A stretch of DNA of 64,000 bases from Lingula anatina (Eukaryota > Animalia > Brachiopoda). Both the position numbers and the translations under genes were made by a program. The notes beneath the pieces were generated by a model, which worked only from the letters and a program-made list of their open reading frames with translations, was not told where the DNA came from and ran no database searches. The stretch spans positions 1,860,001-1,924,000 of the forward strand of contig CM120642.1 in assembly GCA_051362555.1 (NCBI GenBank), in the 5' to 3' direction. Position 1 is the first letter of the stretch. Each line of letters opens with the position of its first letter. Positions 1 through 13,121 of the stretch are shown piece by piece.

Positions 1-1162
1 CGTGCTGGAGACTATATTCAGCGGCTATTGATTTCTAGTCGTGTTTCAATAAATAAGATGACCAGTCCATCCAGGTCATTAACCCCAGTACCGGTGCCAC
101 CGGTTGATACCGCAACCTTGGTCACTTGTTATTTACCTGCACAATTATAAGTAAAATGCCTAACGCTCGACCAGTGCACCGACTTAAAATGTGCAAGTCA
201 TTGATTTAGTAGGGATGACTTGCAAAAAAAAAAAATAATAATAAAAATAAAAATATAACCAAGGGATGACATGTTCCTGGGGGAGGGGGGGGGGGCGCGG
301 GAATGTTATGGAATGGGTGCTGGTTTCTTGATTATACCGTCTCAGTTGATTTGATTTTGACTACTTAACAAATTATCCCCATCTTGATCGATCCCGTGTT
401 TATCTGAGTTTCCGTTTGGGTTCAGATGGTTTAGTTCCTTTTTCGACTATTAACAAGCTCATTGTACAGAGCGTTTGAAATAACTTAAAAATAAAAACAG
501 TAGGGCCTATTCAGTAACGTTACAGAATGCCATGTGGTGGATACATGACTCTGAGACAGCGAGACGTATCACATACCATACGGGTAGGGTGACGACATTT
601 ACAGTGCCAACAGAGGAAAACCTACAGACAGTTATCACACGCCGACCAACGCCCCGCCCCTTTCTACGGCACAATGGTGGATGAATTCTCCCACCGATGG
701 ATAGTGCGTGCCGTTTAATATTTGTACCATTAATAATGCTATTGAAGGCACCCAGTCTATACTTACGGTTCATGGACCTATTAAACATATTCATGTAGTT
801 ACAGAACCCGAGAAGTTGAGTCAATATGTATACGTGTTGCATGCTCACCTTTCGGTGTACTTCTGTTAGATGTCTACTACGCCCATTCGAGTCCCTGATG
901 TCATTGGACTAGTCCCGTTTCACCCTATTTATGTTGTTCACCTCGATTCACGTTCCTGCTACGTTAGATGACCCAGTTTTTGACTCTAAACAACATCTCG
1001 TTATCGGGGCTCCCGCAAATCACTGGAGTCTGGCTGAAGACCACTAGAATGCGGATCCAGGTTAATTTGAAGGTGGGGTGGAAGGGGGGGGGGTCCGCGG
1101 ATGCAAAGCCGACCCTCCCCCCTCACCCTTGGCGCGCGGGGTCGGGGTCACTTAATTTGAAG

Positions 1163-1335
1163 GGGGCGTCTCGATAGTCCGAAGGTTCATTGGTCCGAAG
1201 GTTCATTGGTCCGAAAAGTGGTAACATTTTCATCGATTTTTTAATCAAGGGTTCATTGGTCCGAAGGTTCTATAGTGAACATTCGGACCAATGAACCTTC
1301 GGACTATTGAACCTTCGGACTATCGCTACGGCCCC
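1163..1335. mobile_element. Short non-autonomous Mutator/Rehavkus-like MITE
   Basis: Imperfect TIRs (GGGGCGTCTCGATAGTCCGAAGGTTCA / TGAACCTTCGGACTATCGCTACGGCCCC) with subterminal 16-bp GGTTCATTGGTCCGAA repeats in both orientations. Exact 9-bp direct repeat AATTTGAAG at 1154-1162 and 1336-1344. A 9-bp TSD and G-rich ends are typical of MULEs. Confidence 0.7.
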
Positions 1336-1764
1336 AATTTGAAGGGTAAATAGAACTATGATTCAGCTAGTCAAAATTCTAATATTAAAGGCATAATAAC
1401 TCTTTGTATGAGACCTATATTTCACAATAAAAACCTTGTGAATAACTTATAGAAATATCATATATTCTGTTTTACCACAAAAACAGCAGTTATAGCTTTC
1501 ATTCTGATATTTGAACTTGTCGTTAGACCACGTGACCTCCATTGATGTCTATACTCTGTTAAAATCTCTTAAGAGATTTTAACAAAAAACCAAACTTTTT
1601 AGAAAAAAAACAGGGACTAACTTTGAATGTAAAAATGGATTCATTAACCATTGGTAAGTATGGGAAAATTGTTGTTTACTCCAGGAAAATTCATTTTTTG
1701 GCCGAAACGAAGAGTTATTATTGCTTTAAGAGGGGACCATTGGTGTGAGTTTTTTCAGAAATCG

Positions 1765-1814
1765 AAGGGGAGGGGGGACATGAGCCCCCTGACACCCCCC
1801 TAAATCAGCCACTG
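1765..1814. mobile_element. Possible terminal remnant of a hAT-type MITE
   Basis: CCCCCCTAAATCAGCCACTG resembles the CAGTGGCGGATTTAGGGGG-type ends of common invertebrate MITEs. No partner end was found. Confidence 0.3.
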
Positions 1815-3601
1815 ACTCAGAGGGCGCTTACCTCTCTCAAGTATTATTATTAATTGTCAATTAATCAACTTATTAAGTTACCATTTTCATAATTAAACTT
1901 ATCAATCAATCAACACATAATATTGCTAACAGACTTTTAAACAATTGTTGACTTTAGCTGAGATCTCCCCTGGGAGAGTTGACCGACACTAAATATAACT
2001 GCTTTGTTAAACGATCACAACTTATTTTCAATCATAAAAGACAAATGCAGATAATAGGCACAGTTTGAAGACTTTCAAGACTTATCTACACGTAACATGA
2101 TGTCCTAATTTTATTTTATTCAGTTTTATAGTCAGATATTATAACAGCCACTTTGACTTCAGGTCTAAGTCTCCATCTGCTATCATTCCACTCTGCTAGG
2201 AGCCTAGGACAGAGGCTGACCTTTTTTTCATCCTTAAAATATACCCCAACTCCAAATGAGGCTAACCTTCAATACATTCCCCACATTATTTTGGACCACT
2301 TGTTTTAAAAACCCATTCAAAAACCAACAAGATTAACTTTTTTATGTTGTACTTATTCAAATAATTTCTGGAGACAGAAAGTAGTTAGAATACCTATATA
2401 CCTAATTGTGTCTCACAGTAAATGTTTGGGAGTGCAAGATCTTACTAGCAAATCTTTAAAACTAAAATGCCATCAGAATTTTCACCACATCTGATGTAAT
2501 AGTACATAGGTCTGCAAGAGGCCTTTTTCACAATGTGCCTTCACTCATCACTCTCAAATTCTTCTCCTGGTGTTGAGTAAAATTAAGAAAAGCTGTACCT
2601 TCAGCAAAGCTCCTCTAGGAGTTAGTGTGCACTACATAGTACAATAAATTCATGTGAATGCACCTTAAGTGACCTTTAGACTATCACACACCCCTCCAAT
2701 AACTGAATCCTCTGAATCCTGCTCCTCTCACTCTGCCAATGAACAGGGGATGCCATCTTACTACTAGCATTTCAGTGAGTCTCCCATGTAAATGGTATAC
2801 ATATGGTGGATAACCAGGCTCCAGTGTCATCTACGCTAGATGGTGCTATCCTGTAGATGACACTAACCAAGCTGTTTTTTTTTCCTCTGGGCAGTTGTCC
2901 TGAGGATATCAATCATTTTTTACCACTGAATAGCAATATCATAAAGTATGTAGTGTTTCGAAACTCACAAGATACTTGACCAGAGGATAACTAAACAATT
3001 TCAACCATAATAAATAGCGTTATCCGTAGGATTATGTAATCCAGTGTTGATGAAACTGGATGATATAAGCTCCCATGTTCCCAAAAACAAAAGTAGTGCT
3101 TAGAGGAAAGATACCTAACTTGATTTTGAATTTAAACTAGCCCAAAAGAGAAAAGATATTAGTAGCTTGTCTTTTTTTAAAAATATAATATGCTACCCCT
3201 AAATGAAAGAAAGGGAAACAAGACATGCTTTAGAAAAAAAAGGATATGGATTTAAAATAAACATTCAGATAGAAGTCTGAGGCCCTCCTCATCTTGCCCA
3301 CATCTAAAGCCTCTTAGTATTCACTGAACATTATCATCTCTCTCTCTTTTTAAGATGAACAACTTGGTATATAGCTTTTCTGGGAAGATTTGTGGGTTTC
3401 ATTTGAAACCCTTTTTAAAGTCATGTTCCAAGGTTTTAGTCTTGGAGAATCCATTTTCCTAAACGAGCAACATATCTTTAACATAATTTTGGATACTTGG
3501 TTTTCTATAAACCATAATTTTTTGCAAGTGAGAGATGTCCAATACTTCGAGATGGTCCGCCATTTTTCTCAGTTTCACCACAGCAGCATGGAGCGCCCAA
3601 G

Positions 3602-3895
3602 TCAATTTTGGTCCATCAAGTTCTCTGGTCGTCTTCCCAGCTGGCGGGCCATTCTGTTGATTTCATCAGCCTTCGTGCTTGCGTAGTGGTGATACATCAT
3701 TTTGACCCCCGTAACGGCAGAAAGCTTGAGACGGAGGTTGTAGCGGAAACTATTTTTCTTGTTCTTCACGGCACGTTTGTAGCGCACTTCCAAGTCGCGA
3801 ATTAGTTGGTCGAGGACAACTATTTGCTGGCAAGCTCTGTCAAATTTTTGCCTCGACTCAATCAAACGATCTTCAAGAGTCTCTCTATGGTCCAT
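3602..3895 (-). CDS. Uncharacterised 97-aa helical/coiled-coil protein, single exon
   Basis: ATG-to-TGA ORF in an island richer in GC/CpG than its flanks, with a protein-like amphipathic helical sequence (LEDRLIESRQKFDRACQQIVVLDQLIRDLEVRYKRA...SFRYNLRLKL). I cannot name the family. Confidence 0.65.
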   Translation of the reverse strand: MDHRETLEDRLIESRQKFDRACQQIVVLDQLIRDLEVRYKRAVKNKKNSFRYNLRLKLSAVTGVKMMYHHYASTKADEINRMARQLGRRPENLMDQN

Positions 3896-6800
3896 TCTGA
3901 CTTTTAAGCCTCTAATTTAACCCAGTATTGTGCAAAAAAACTGGTGGTATTATTCTTCGAATCTTCCTCGTCCTGTTTTTAATTGTGGATATGTAGAAAA
4001 AGAAGAGGATGGGAAGGCGAGATGAAATCACAATATATTCAACAAATTTTAATAAATACTTAAATCTAACCTGGGTGATTTATGAGAAAACATCATATAT
4101 AAGGTATTTCAAGCCGTTACATGGGTATTATTTGTTTTTAATTATTACTTGCAACAGTTTTATAAGCCTCTATCTTAAGCGATCTCAATTTTGTATGCAG
4201 CCAATTATGACCTAAATTTAAATGAATCACGCAAATTACGCGGGGATATGAAATCGTGAGGGAAAGGAAGGAACCCCTTCTTTAGCAAGTACACTGAAAA
4301 AGTGATCATGACTTTATAACTTCTTTGCATAATTAGCATGGTGATTTTACGTAAAGTACGGGTTTGTATCCAGTTTGAAAATAATCAATGATTGCACGGT
4401 GTTTTGTTGTTAGTGCGACAGGTGCGCGTGAAGCGACTGCAATGCGAGTTATGTCTCAGCTAACACATTGATAGTCAATTTTTGCATTATATGCTACAAA
4501 CTATATTAGTTACCATTTATTTTGCAGGTGAAGGGTGACTGGAATTGGTACACGTAATTAGAGAATATATAAATATGACTTGTTTGGAATAGAAGGATTC
4601 TTTATTGATACACCTTCACAAATAAGGTACAATCAAAGACAATTACATCTAACTACAACAGTACAAACAAGTAAATAAATAAATATACATGATTTCAATG
4701 TTTACATGCAACATAAGATAATAAGCTTAAGTTAATTTATAAGAAGTTATATGTGGAATGTATGATGATAATCTATACATGTAGGAATATGATTTTTTTA
4801 AAACTTTTTCCACTCTATTTTTAAGGCAGACACAATGGATAGAGAAGTTTAAAAATAGTTGAATAAATTAAGATTGATTGCAGCAGCAACTGATGATTGT
4901 GAAACTAGGTAAATGTAATTACATGTACCAGTTATAGCAATGTTTTATACTTAAATCAATTAGCTCATTTATAACAGCATTTAACTTGTCATTAAAACTT
5001 ATGTAGCTATTTTATTCAGTTCAGTAGGATTTCACAATGGGATTAAAATATTATAACACGTCAGACTACAGTTAGGTAGTGCGCAATTTGATCCATCATG
5101 GAATGAAGATTGTATTGATTATCATTATGTGTTTTAATGTTAAGTTTTCAAGCTGTGTGGGAAATGATTCTTCTTCCCAGGAAGAAATTTACAGCATTTG
5201 CTTTTATTTATTAATAGTCTTTTGCTTTTTTTACATGATGATGGTGCAAGATAATTTTCGTATAATTAATTAAGTCAGCTGAATGAATAAAGTGATTTTT
5301 TTGTATTTTTTCTCTAGCTATATAAGATGTCATGAACCTCATTAATGCCTTTTCCACTTTCTAAAAGTTACAGATAGGCTTTGTTTTTTCTTTGCAACTT
5401 GACGACCAGCTGTGCACAACTGTGTTTTTGTTTCTGAAATTAATGTCTTTTTGATGCAAATTAACACTAAAATTATTTATTAGCACCTTTCACGCAATTC
5501 TTCTTGGTGCAGGAATTTTAGAAATGATTAATTATCTAATTATATCATAAATTGAATTAAGATTGGACTTAAGTCTACCTTTCCTCTGATTTTATGTCAC
5601 TCATATGGGATCTGAACTTGGCTAAAAGCGCATTTGTTGTTATATTCTGTATAACCATCAGGTTTTCAGCATTGGGTATATAACACTCAAATCCAACTTG
5701 CTGTAAATATTCTCTTTATAACAATCAGTTTTTCACTTTTAATTGCGGAATTGCAGACACTTCTCTGTGTAACATGTCTATATACAGTGTAGATGATGTG
5801 TACAATGTTGATCCACTTCATGAGATCTTAGATGGTTATGTCATCTTATTGCTCTTTTCATGAGCATACAGTTACATAATAATTAATATATTATGACATG
5901 AGATCTCAATATGCCATCATAATGTTCCTTGTGGCCTTAATTTTGCCACATTACACGGAATGAACATACAGTTATATTATGAGCATGCAGCCCTTGACAT
6001 CTCTGTGTGATATTTGACTTATTGACCAGCTTCTGGTGAACCATAAGTTTCTGAATACACAGTAAATCTGAGCAATCCCACTCTATATCCCCCATTAATG
6101 AAGCAATAAAAGAGGAAATGGAGATTATTGATATTTTTGTGATTACTTGGATTTCAGATTCTAAGGTTTACAATGGTTCATTTACCAAGTGTCTTCTGTA
6201 TAGACTGCAGTTGGTGGCAGGATTCCAGAGTTATAAAACAAGTAGAGGTGAGTTGAAGACAACTAGAGATTATACTCATTATACTTAGTGCTGTACTTGT
6301 GGTTAAAAAATTCAGTCTTAAAAATATACTAGTATATGTCGATCCTTTTAGATATGATTTTTTTTCTTTTTAGCAGCATTTTGGCCTTGTTTGAGGCTTA
6401 GTGCAAATAAAATCCTTAGAAAATACAAACATGGAAGCTTGAATAGTAAAAAAAAAAAAAAAATCATACGTGCAAAATGTATAAAACAAAACATCTCTTA
6501 ATTTGCTTATAAAAAAATTATAATAATCAAAGGCAATGTTTTTTATGACATGGAGAAGTTATGCTGGTGTGTATCAAAGCTGGTTTATTAAAAGATGTAT
6601 AATGTATAATGCTAAGGGAGCGTAATTGTGTGTGAAGTGAAAGATGAAGGGCAGAAAGAGATGACAGTTTAGCTGAGCTCAGTGTGAGTGATGAAGCATC
6701 AAAGGGCCCAGTGATTATACCTGCATCATGATACCAAAAAGTAAAAATACTGCTGAAGTTCATTGCTAATGTAAAGTTAGTAAATGTCTGTAACATGCTA

Positions 6801-6910
6801 AATGATGGCCTAAATTATTGAATTTATACTACATGCAGTCACTATATTTATTTAACAAAATTTTCTTTTATTACCCAATCACCTTTTATATCTACAGAAT
6901 TACTGTCACA

Positions 6911-9900
6911 ATGGATGCTGCCGAATTCCGTCAACGAGGGAAAGAAATGGTGGACACTGTGGCTGATTACTTGGAAAACATACAAAAACGGCCAGTGTTT
7001 CCATCCGTGCAGCCTGGGTATATTCGTGAACTAGTTCCGGAATCTGCTCCAGAAACTGCCGAGTCATGGGAGGATTTGGTTGGAGACATTGAGCGGGTAG
7101 TTATGCCTGGGGTAAGTGAATTATTTCTAGAGGATGACAATTTCACTATCAGTAGTGTACGTACTACCATAACCCTGTAGCTAGCCATTTCAAAGGGGGT
7201 TATATGTCTGAAAAGTTTTTAGACTATTAGCATAGAACTGCTATCAAATTTTGATTTAGTGATCCTTTTTTGCTTCAGTCATAAATATGATTTTTTGAAT
7301 CACCAGAACAAACCTCTTCCTCCTCTCCCCATTCTAATTGCTCGTGTTTTTTTCCACGATGGGATTCAGATCAGTAAGTGACTATATTTAAGTGTAATGA
7401 GTATTAATTGAATATCATTAAAAATCATATGACTTGATAATCTATTTACAAGATGAAGATTAAAACATTCCTACCAAAATGTCCCTAAAATGTACATGTT
7501 ACAATACATACCTTTTCACATCTTATTGAGCATTTAGTAGCTCTAGATGATATTAATTTATAATTACTGTTAAAAAATGATTCCAGGTAACACACTGGCA
7601 CCACCCCCAGTTCCATGCATATTTCCCGACTGCCAACTCTTATGCTGCCTTGTGTGCTGATATGCTGTCAGATGCAATAGGTTGTATAGGGTTTAGCTGG
7701 GTAAGTGTGTTCAGTCTATCATGAATTTTACTTTGGAGTCTCACAAGTGGCAGGTGCTATAGGCTGTATAGGTTTAAGAACTTTTATTAAGTGTTTTATA
7801 CATGTTTTGGGTTCCAGAATTTCAAAGAAGTCTCTCAGTCCTTTAATTCACACTAAAAAGTCAATTTTTCAAGACATTTATACTTTATTAGAGATGGTTA
7901 CTATAATTATGAAATTAGAGAAATTAATCCCAGATGGAAATTTTATTTACAAACAAGTGGGTTGGCTGTTTGAAATGCTGTTCTGGATTCTTTTCTGATA
8001 AGAGCTATAACAACTAGTGATTTGAATAAAATGGTAATTTAATGGAAATTGATTTTTCCAATATTGAGCCAATAAATGCATGTAGAGCAAATGTGGAAGG
8101 TGAAAGCCTTAATTTACAGAATCAGACATAAAATGGCTTATGAACCATTGCAATGACCTTCGTCTGACATGAACAAGATTTTGTGAGATGACAAACTCAA
8201 ATTAAACATTATTGATCTGATCTTTATGGAACAATGGGATATAAACTCATTTATATTACCATTCATTTATTCGCATACACATTGCTTAATATTGATCTAA
8301 GAAGGTTAATTTACCTCCAAGGATAAAGAGTCAGAATTGCACTGATTTGATAGTGGTAAACGTACTTAGTCTATTGATCAGGTGGAAAATGAAAAGGAAG
8401 CTTGTAAGTTTACATAGTTGGGACAGCAGAAACATTTTAACCCAGAATATTGATCCGTAATGGGAGTGGGTGTACGTACCACCACAGCATACCAAGTTTC
8501 ACTGTCAGTTTTGAACTTAATTACATCTATAATCAGGATTGTCTTTACTGTTAATAACAGTAACAGAAATGTATGCTATCTGTACTGGTATGAAGGTGGT
8601 GAAAGCCATCATTGTCTGACAACTCTGGAAAAAAGAGTCTTGTGCTGTAGATTCAGCTTGTGGCTTTCCTTATTATTAATAAGATATTATTTAGTGAAAC
8701 GGAATCAGATTTGTTGTATGTAGTGTTTACCTTTATAAGGTGTGGAGTAAATGTTGCACTAATATTGATTATAATGTCAAAAGACAGTCAATCAGAACAT
8801 GATCTTTTTGGAACAACAACAAAAAATGCAGCATTTTGTAGGATTTTTATTTAGCTGCATAAAATAGCCAATAAGCACAGATATTCTCCGGATCAATACC
8901 AAATTCAACTTTCTTTCAAAAATAAAATTTTGAGTACAGTAGTGTCAATGTTGTTGCAGGCATCAAGTCCTGCCTGTACAGAGCTGGAGATGGTGATGAT
9001 GGACTGGCTGGGGAAGATGTTGGACTTGCCTCAGGAGTTCCTCTTCTGTTCTGGAGGGAAAGGGGGTGGGGTCATCCAGGTATGAATTATATCACTTTTT
9101 TTACTCGGTCCAAGCTTTATCTGTAAGACTAACCTGCAGGTCTCTGAACTTTGAATAAAGTTTCTTTTATTGAATCATATTTACTTAACTTTATATAATT
9201 GAGAATAGAAATTTTTATGGTAAATCTAAAATTTATTTTCTTTGTATTTATATAATTTTTCTGATGCCCCACCCTCAGGGTACTGCTAGTGAAGCCACTC
9301 TGGTTGCCCTGTTAGCTGCCAGGAATCAAACCATCCACAGAGAGAAGGAAGCCAACCCAGCACTGACAGAAGCAGACATCATGGCCAGAATGGTGGGGTA
9401 CTGCTCTGATCAGGTGAACTGATGTCATGTTTATATATTGATTTCAAAGGTTTTGGTTTATTTCACAGTATTTTTACCTCTCTCTTTATCTGTTGCTACG
9501 GTTTCACTCCTGTGAAGTCATTTTATCTGTTTGTACATTAGTCCATCCATGTTTCTTTTCATATATTTCAGACAGATTTTCGTTTTGCAAACTGCATTAA
9601 GTGACAATTATTTTATTTTTCACTTATTCTCCTATTTTTGCATTACTTTATTATTAGTAGATCTTAATTTTACAAAATTTACAAAAGTAAATCATCTGTA
9701 CAAGTATCTATGAATAAAAAGAGAAAAGAAATAGTTTGACTAGATAGAAAATGATGTATATATTGTAATCTTTGCAGGCCCATTCTTCAGTGGAGCGTGC
9801 TGGTTTGTTGGGTGCAGTAAAAATAGTCAAACTTTCCTCAGACAAGAAGCAGTCATTGCGAGGAGAGACGTTAGCCCAGGCTGTACAAAAAGATAAGGAA

Positions 9901-12900
9901 AAGGGCTTGATACCTTTCTTTGTAAGTTCAGCAATATAATTAAATTGTACTCTTAGTCTGGATATGAAATTTAATCAATTTCATATTCTCAGATCAAGAA
10001 ATGAGAAATGATGAGGTAAAGTGAAAGCCTCTACTAATAATTACATCAACTTCTTTAAACTCTATTGCAGGTATTCCCTAATTAAGGGTGCAATTAAAAT
10101 ATATGGTTATTTTTTCACTGATAATGCAAAAGAATAGTGTCTCCAACATTGTACATTTTCAGGTGTGTGGCACTTTGGGGACCACACCCTCTTGTGCCTT
10201 TGACAACATCCAGGAGCTGGGGGCAGTGTGTAACTTAGAGAAGATTTGGCTCCACATTGATGCTGCGTATGCTGGCAGTGCCTTCATTTGTCCTGAATTT
10301 CGATACCTTCTCAGTGGAGTGCAGGTGAGCTCGTTATTATCAATCAGTCAATGATGTCAACTGCAGTCGACCATCAACATCATGAATTAGCAACACCACA
10401 AATAGATTTCCAGACCCTGCTGTACTCCATGAGACTGGCAAGCTGAGTTATGTTCTCTAAGCCAATGTCCTCAAGCATTATATTACATTATATTATATTA
10501 TATTATATTATATTATATTATATTATATTGTTGGAACCCTTAGAAAGCAGTCTTTTGGCAAATATGTTTTAGGTAAAATTATGTTAAACAGAATATTGAA
10601 TTTTAAAACAGGAAACAGCCAGTAAGGAGTTCTGGAATTAAATTCATTTTTATGAAAATTATATTTTTATACCAGGAATGATAAAGTATTATAAAGAATA
10701 CCCTGTTTGTTTCAGTTTGCAGATTCATTTAACTTCAATCCTCACAAATGGCTGCGGGTGACCTTTGACTGCTCAGCAATGTGGTAAGTGCATGGGTACG
10801 GAGGGTACCCTGGGTTTCACAGCTCACTGTTATATACAGTGTGGTAAGTATGTGGGTAGGGAGGGTACCCTGGGTTTCACATCTCACTGTTATATATAGT
10901 ATGGTAAGTACGTGGGTAGGGAGGGTACCCTGGGTTTCACAGCTCACTGTTATACACAGTGTGTTAGGTATGTGGGTAGGGAGGGTACCCTGGGTTTCAC
11001 AGCTCACTGTTATACACAGTTTCGTCAGTACGTGGGTAGGAAGGGTACCCTGGGTTTCACAGCTCATTGTTATATATATACAATGTGGTAAGTATGTGGG
11101 TAGGAAGGGTACCCTGGGTTTCATAGCTTACTGTTTTATCCAAAGCCACATAGATGCTGATATTTGAAGCCAGTTTCCAAAAACTCAGGGTGATTTTCCC
11201 ACATTCGGTTATTTTCATGATAATGATTTATAGACAGTGTTTTTAAAAATTATCTTTGATTTTGTGATTATTCCTGATTTTTACATAATTTCAGGAAGTT
11301 AATTAAAATGTCTTTGAATGCACATAAGTAAAAATGCATAAAATAATGCAGTTATGTATGAAGAAAAAAGTAGACATTACACAACCTGTCAGTTTGATAG
11401 AAAGTACCAGTACAATTTTCACCTTTACAAACATCCTAGTCATTGAGGCACATCTAGATTTATGGATTTGCAGTAGGCCAGTGGCAAATTGTTTCTATAA
11501 TACTATACTGGTCCATATTGTTTATTTAGGATAAAAGATAGCAGCAAGCTGGTTGATGCATTCAATGTGGATCCTCTATATCTAAAACATGACAACCAGG
11601 GAAAGGTACCAGACTACAGGGTGAGCCAAAATATTTTGCCCAACTTTTTAGTAATGTAATAGAATCGGGTAACTTAGATTTCTTCTCTTATGCACTTTAT
11701 TTTGGTCACACACACACACGCGCATCTTTTCCAATTTAACAGTGATAGCCACATGATTGATTTTCAATAGAAAAATATGTGCAATATGCTGGCCCCAGAA
11801 AAGATCATTACATGTTGATAGTTAGTCATATCTGTAAGTCAAAATAACCTATAAAGCTGCTCTTCTTTTCCAATTCAGACCTTAAAAAACTCACAAATTA
11901 AAGTAGCCTCCATTCTGAAATGTCAGGAATACTATGGTGATCTAAATAAACCATGCTATCATATTGTTTAGAGCTAAGTTATATGATTAGAAATGGCAGG
12001 GAATACTAAATCCAAGAGCAGGAATTTTATGAGCAATGATTTATTTTGCCTTTAACTCACCGAAAAGTAGAATTATAGTTCACAAATCTTCTATGGGATA
12101 CCTTAAAATTTTTTTAATAAATGTTACTATAAAAGTATCATTCCAAAATTATAAAACTGCTGGCACACCATGCATAAAGATGAATACCTTAATTGTCATG
12201 TTTGTTTCTCAGCACTGGCAGATTCCACTAGGAAGAAGATTCCGTTCTCTGAAACTGTGGTTTGTCCTCCGACTACATGGGATCAAGGGACTGCAGGAGT
12301 ACATCAGACAGGTATAGGGATACGAAACAAAAAATTGTGTCACTATTTTTCTCTCTGTTAACATGAAGGTTGACTATGTTCTCTGTCATGTCACAACAAA
12401 TTATTTTACCAACCATACTTGAGGTACCCATATAGTACCCATATACTGAGATAATCATGATGATTATGTTGTAAAAGGCATGTGGTAGAAATTTTATTGT
12501 TGGTTAGTAAGAAGATTATATCTTTATTTTACAAGGTTTTTATTTTAGCATGTAAAACTGGCACATGAATTTGAGGCACTGGTCTTGGCAGATGAGAGGT
12601 TTGAGATTGTTGCTGAAGTTGTCCTGGGGTTGGTGTGCTTTAGACTGAAGGTGAGGTATTCAAATGGGTTTAAGACTGTATTCATTCATTTTTAAAAATA
12701 ACTTAACATTTATTCTGGAGCAATTTTGAAACAAAAATAATATTTAATAGGGAAAAAAACAAATTTCTTCTCAACATTCATCTTTATTCACTGACAGAAC
12801 TAGCTGGTTGTTCAGTTGTGAGTATCTAGTATTTTTCTTACTTAGAAACAGATTATAAAGTTTACTTTAGTCAAGTACCGTAAACAAAGTAGTAATTTAA

Positions 12901-13121
12901 ACATTTTAATGAATACTTTTCAGGGAGCCAATGACATTAATGAACAGCTGCTTCAAAGAATAAACCAGGATGGCAGGATTCACCTGGTTCCATCTAAAAT
13001 AGGGAATACATACTTCCTGCGTTTTGCAGTGTGTGCACCATATGCAGAGTCCAAAGACGTGCAGTTTGCCTGGACTGTTTTAACAGAATTAGCTACAGAA
13101 TTGTTGAAAGAGAAAAAGTAA
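6911..13121 (+). CDS. DDC: Aromatic L-amino acid (DOPA) decarboxylase, about 477 aa
   Basis: Exons 6911-7111, 7587-7700, 8960-9079, 9279-9413, 9778-9921, 10163-10324, 10716-10783, 11530-11620, 12213-12311, 12549-12650, 12924-13121, all GT-AG and in frame. Motifs [37 protein letters not shown], the PLP lysine in NFNPHKW, and [16 protein letters not shown]. Confidence 0.95.
10478..10528. repeat. (ATATT)n microsatellite
   Basis: Pentamer run visible directly in DDC intron 6. Confidence 0.9.
10781..11133 (+). repeat. 60-bp tandem repeat (about 6 copies) starting at the DDC exon 7 donor
   Basis: Unit GTGGTAAGTATGTGGGTAGGGAGGGTACCCTGGGTTTCACAGCTCACTGTTATATACAGT, aligned line over line at 60-bp period. 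Confidence 0.95.

Noticed and set aside
1-960. Minus-strand splice-like signals (acceptor near 136, donor near 848) and ORF 507-848
   Set aside because: Could be 5' UTR exons of a gene outside the window, but there is no recognisable coding sequence.
1175-1215. GGTCCGAAGGT resembles the 5' end of vertebrate Y RNA, and Ro60 is in the window
   Set aside because: It is the subterminal repeat of a TSD-flanked MITE. There is no complementary TTGAC 3' stem or Pol III terminator arrangement.
4600-5900. Possible decayed LINE in the DDC upstream/5' intron region
   Set aside because: I could not recover any convincing RT or endonuclease motif by hand. It needs a repeat-library search.
10735-11167. 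Repetitive ORFs of 128-129 aa on both strands, and the CRISPR-like look of the arrays
   Set aside because: Products of a 60-bp intronic tandem repeat with no unique spacers and no cas genes, in eukaryotic context. The same applies to the 41-bp array.
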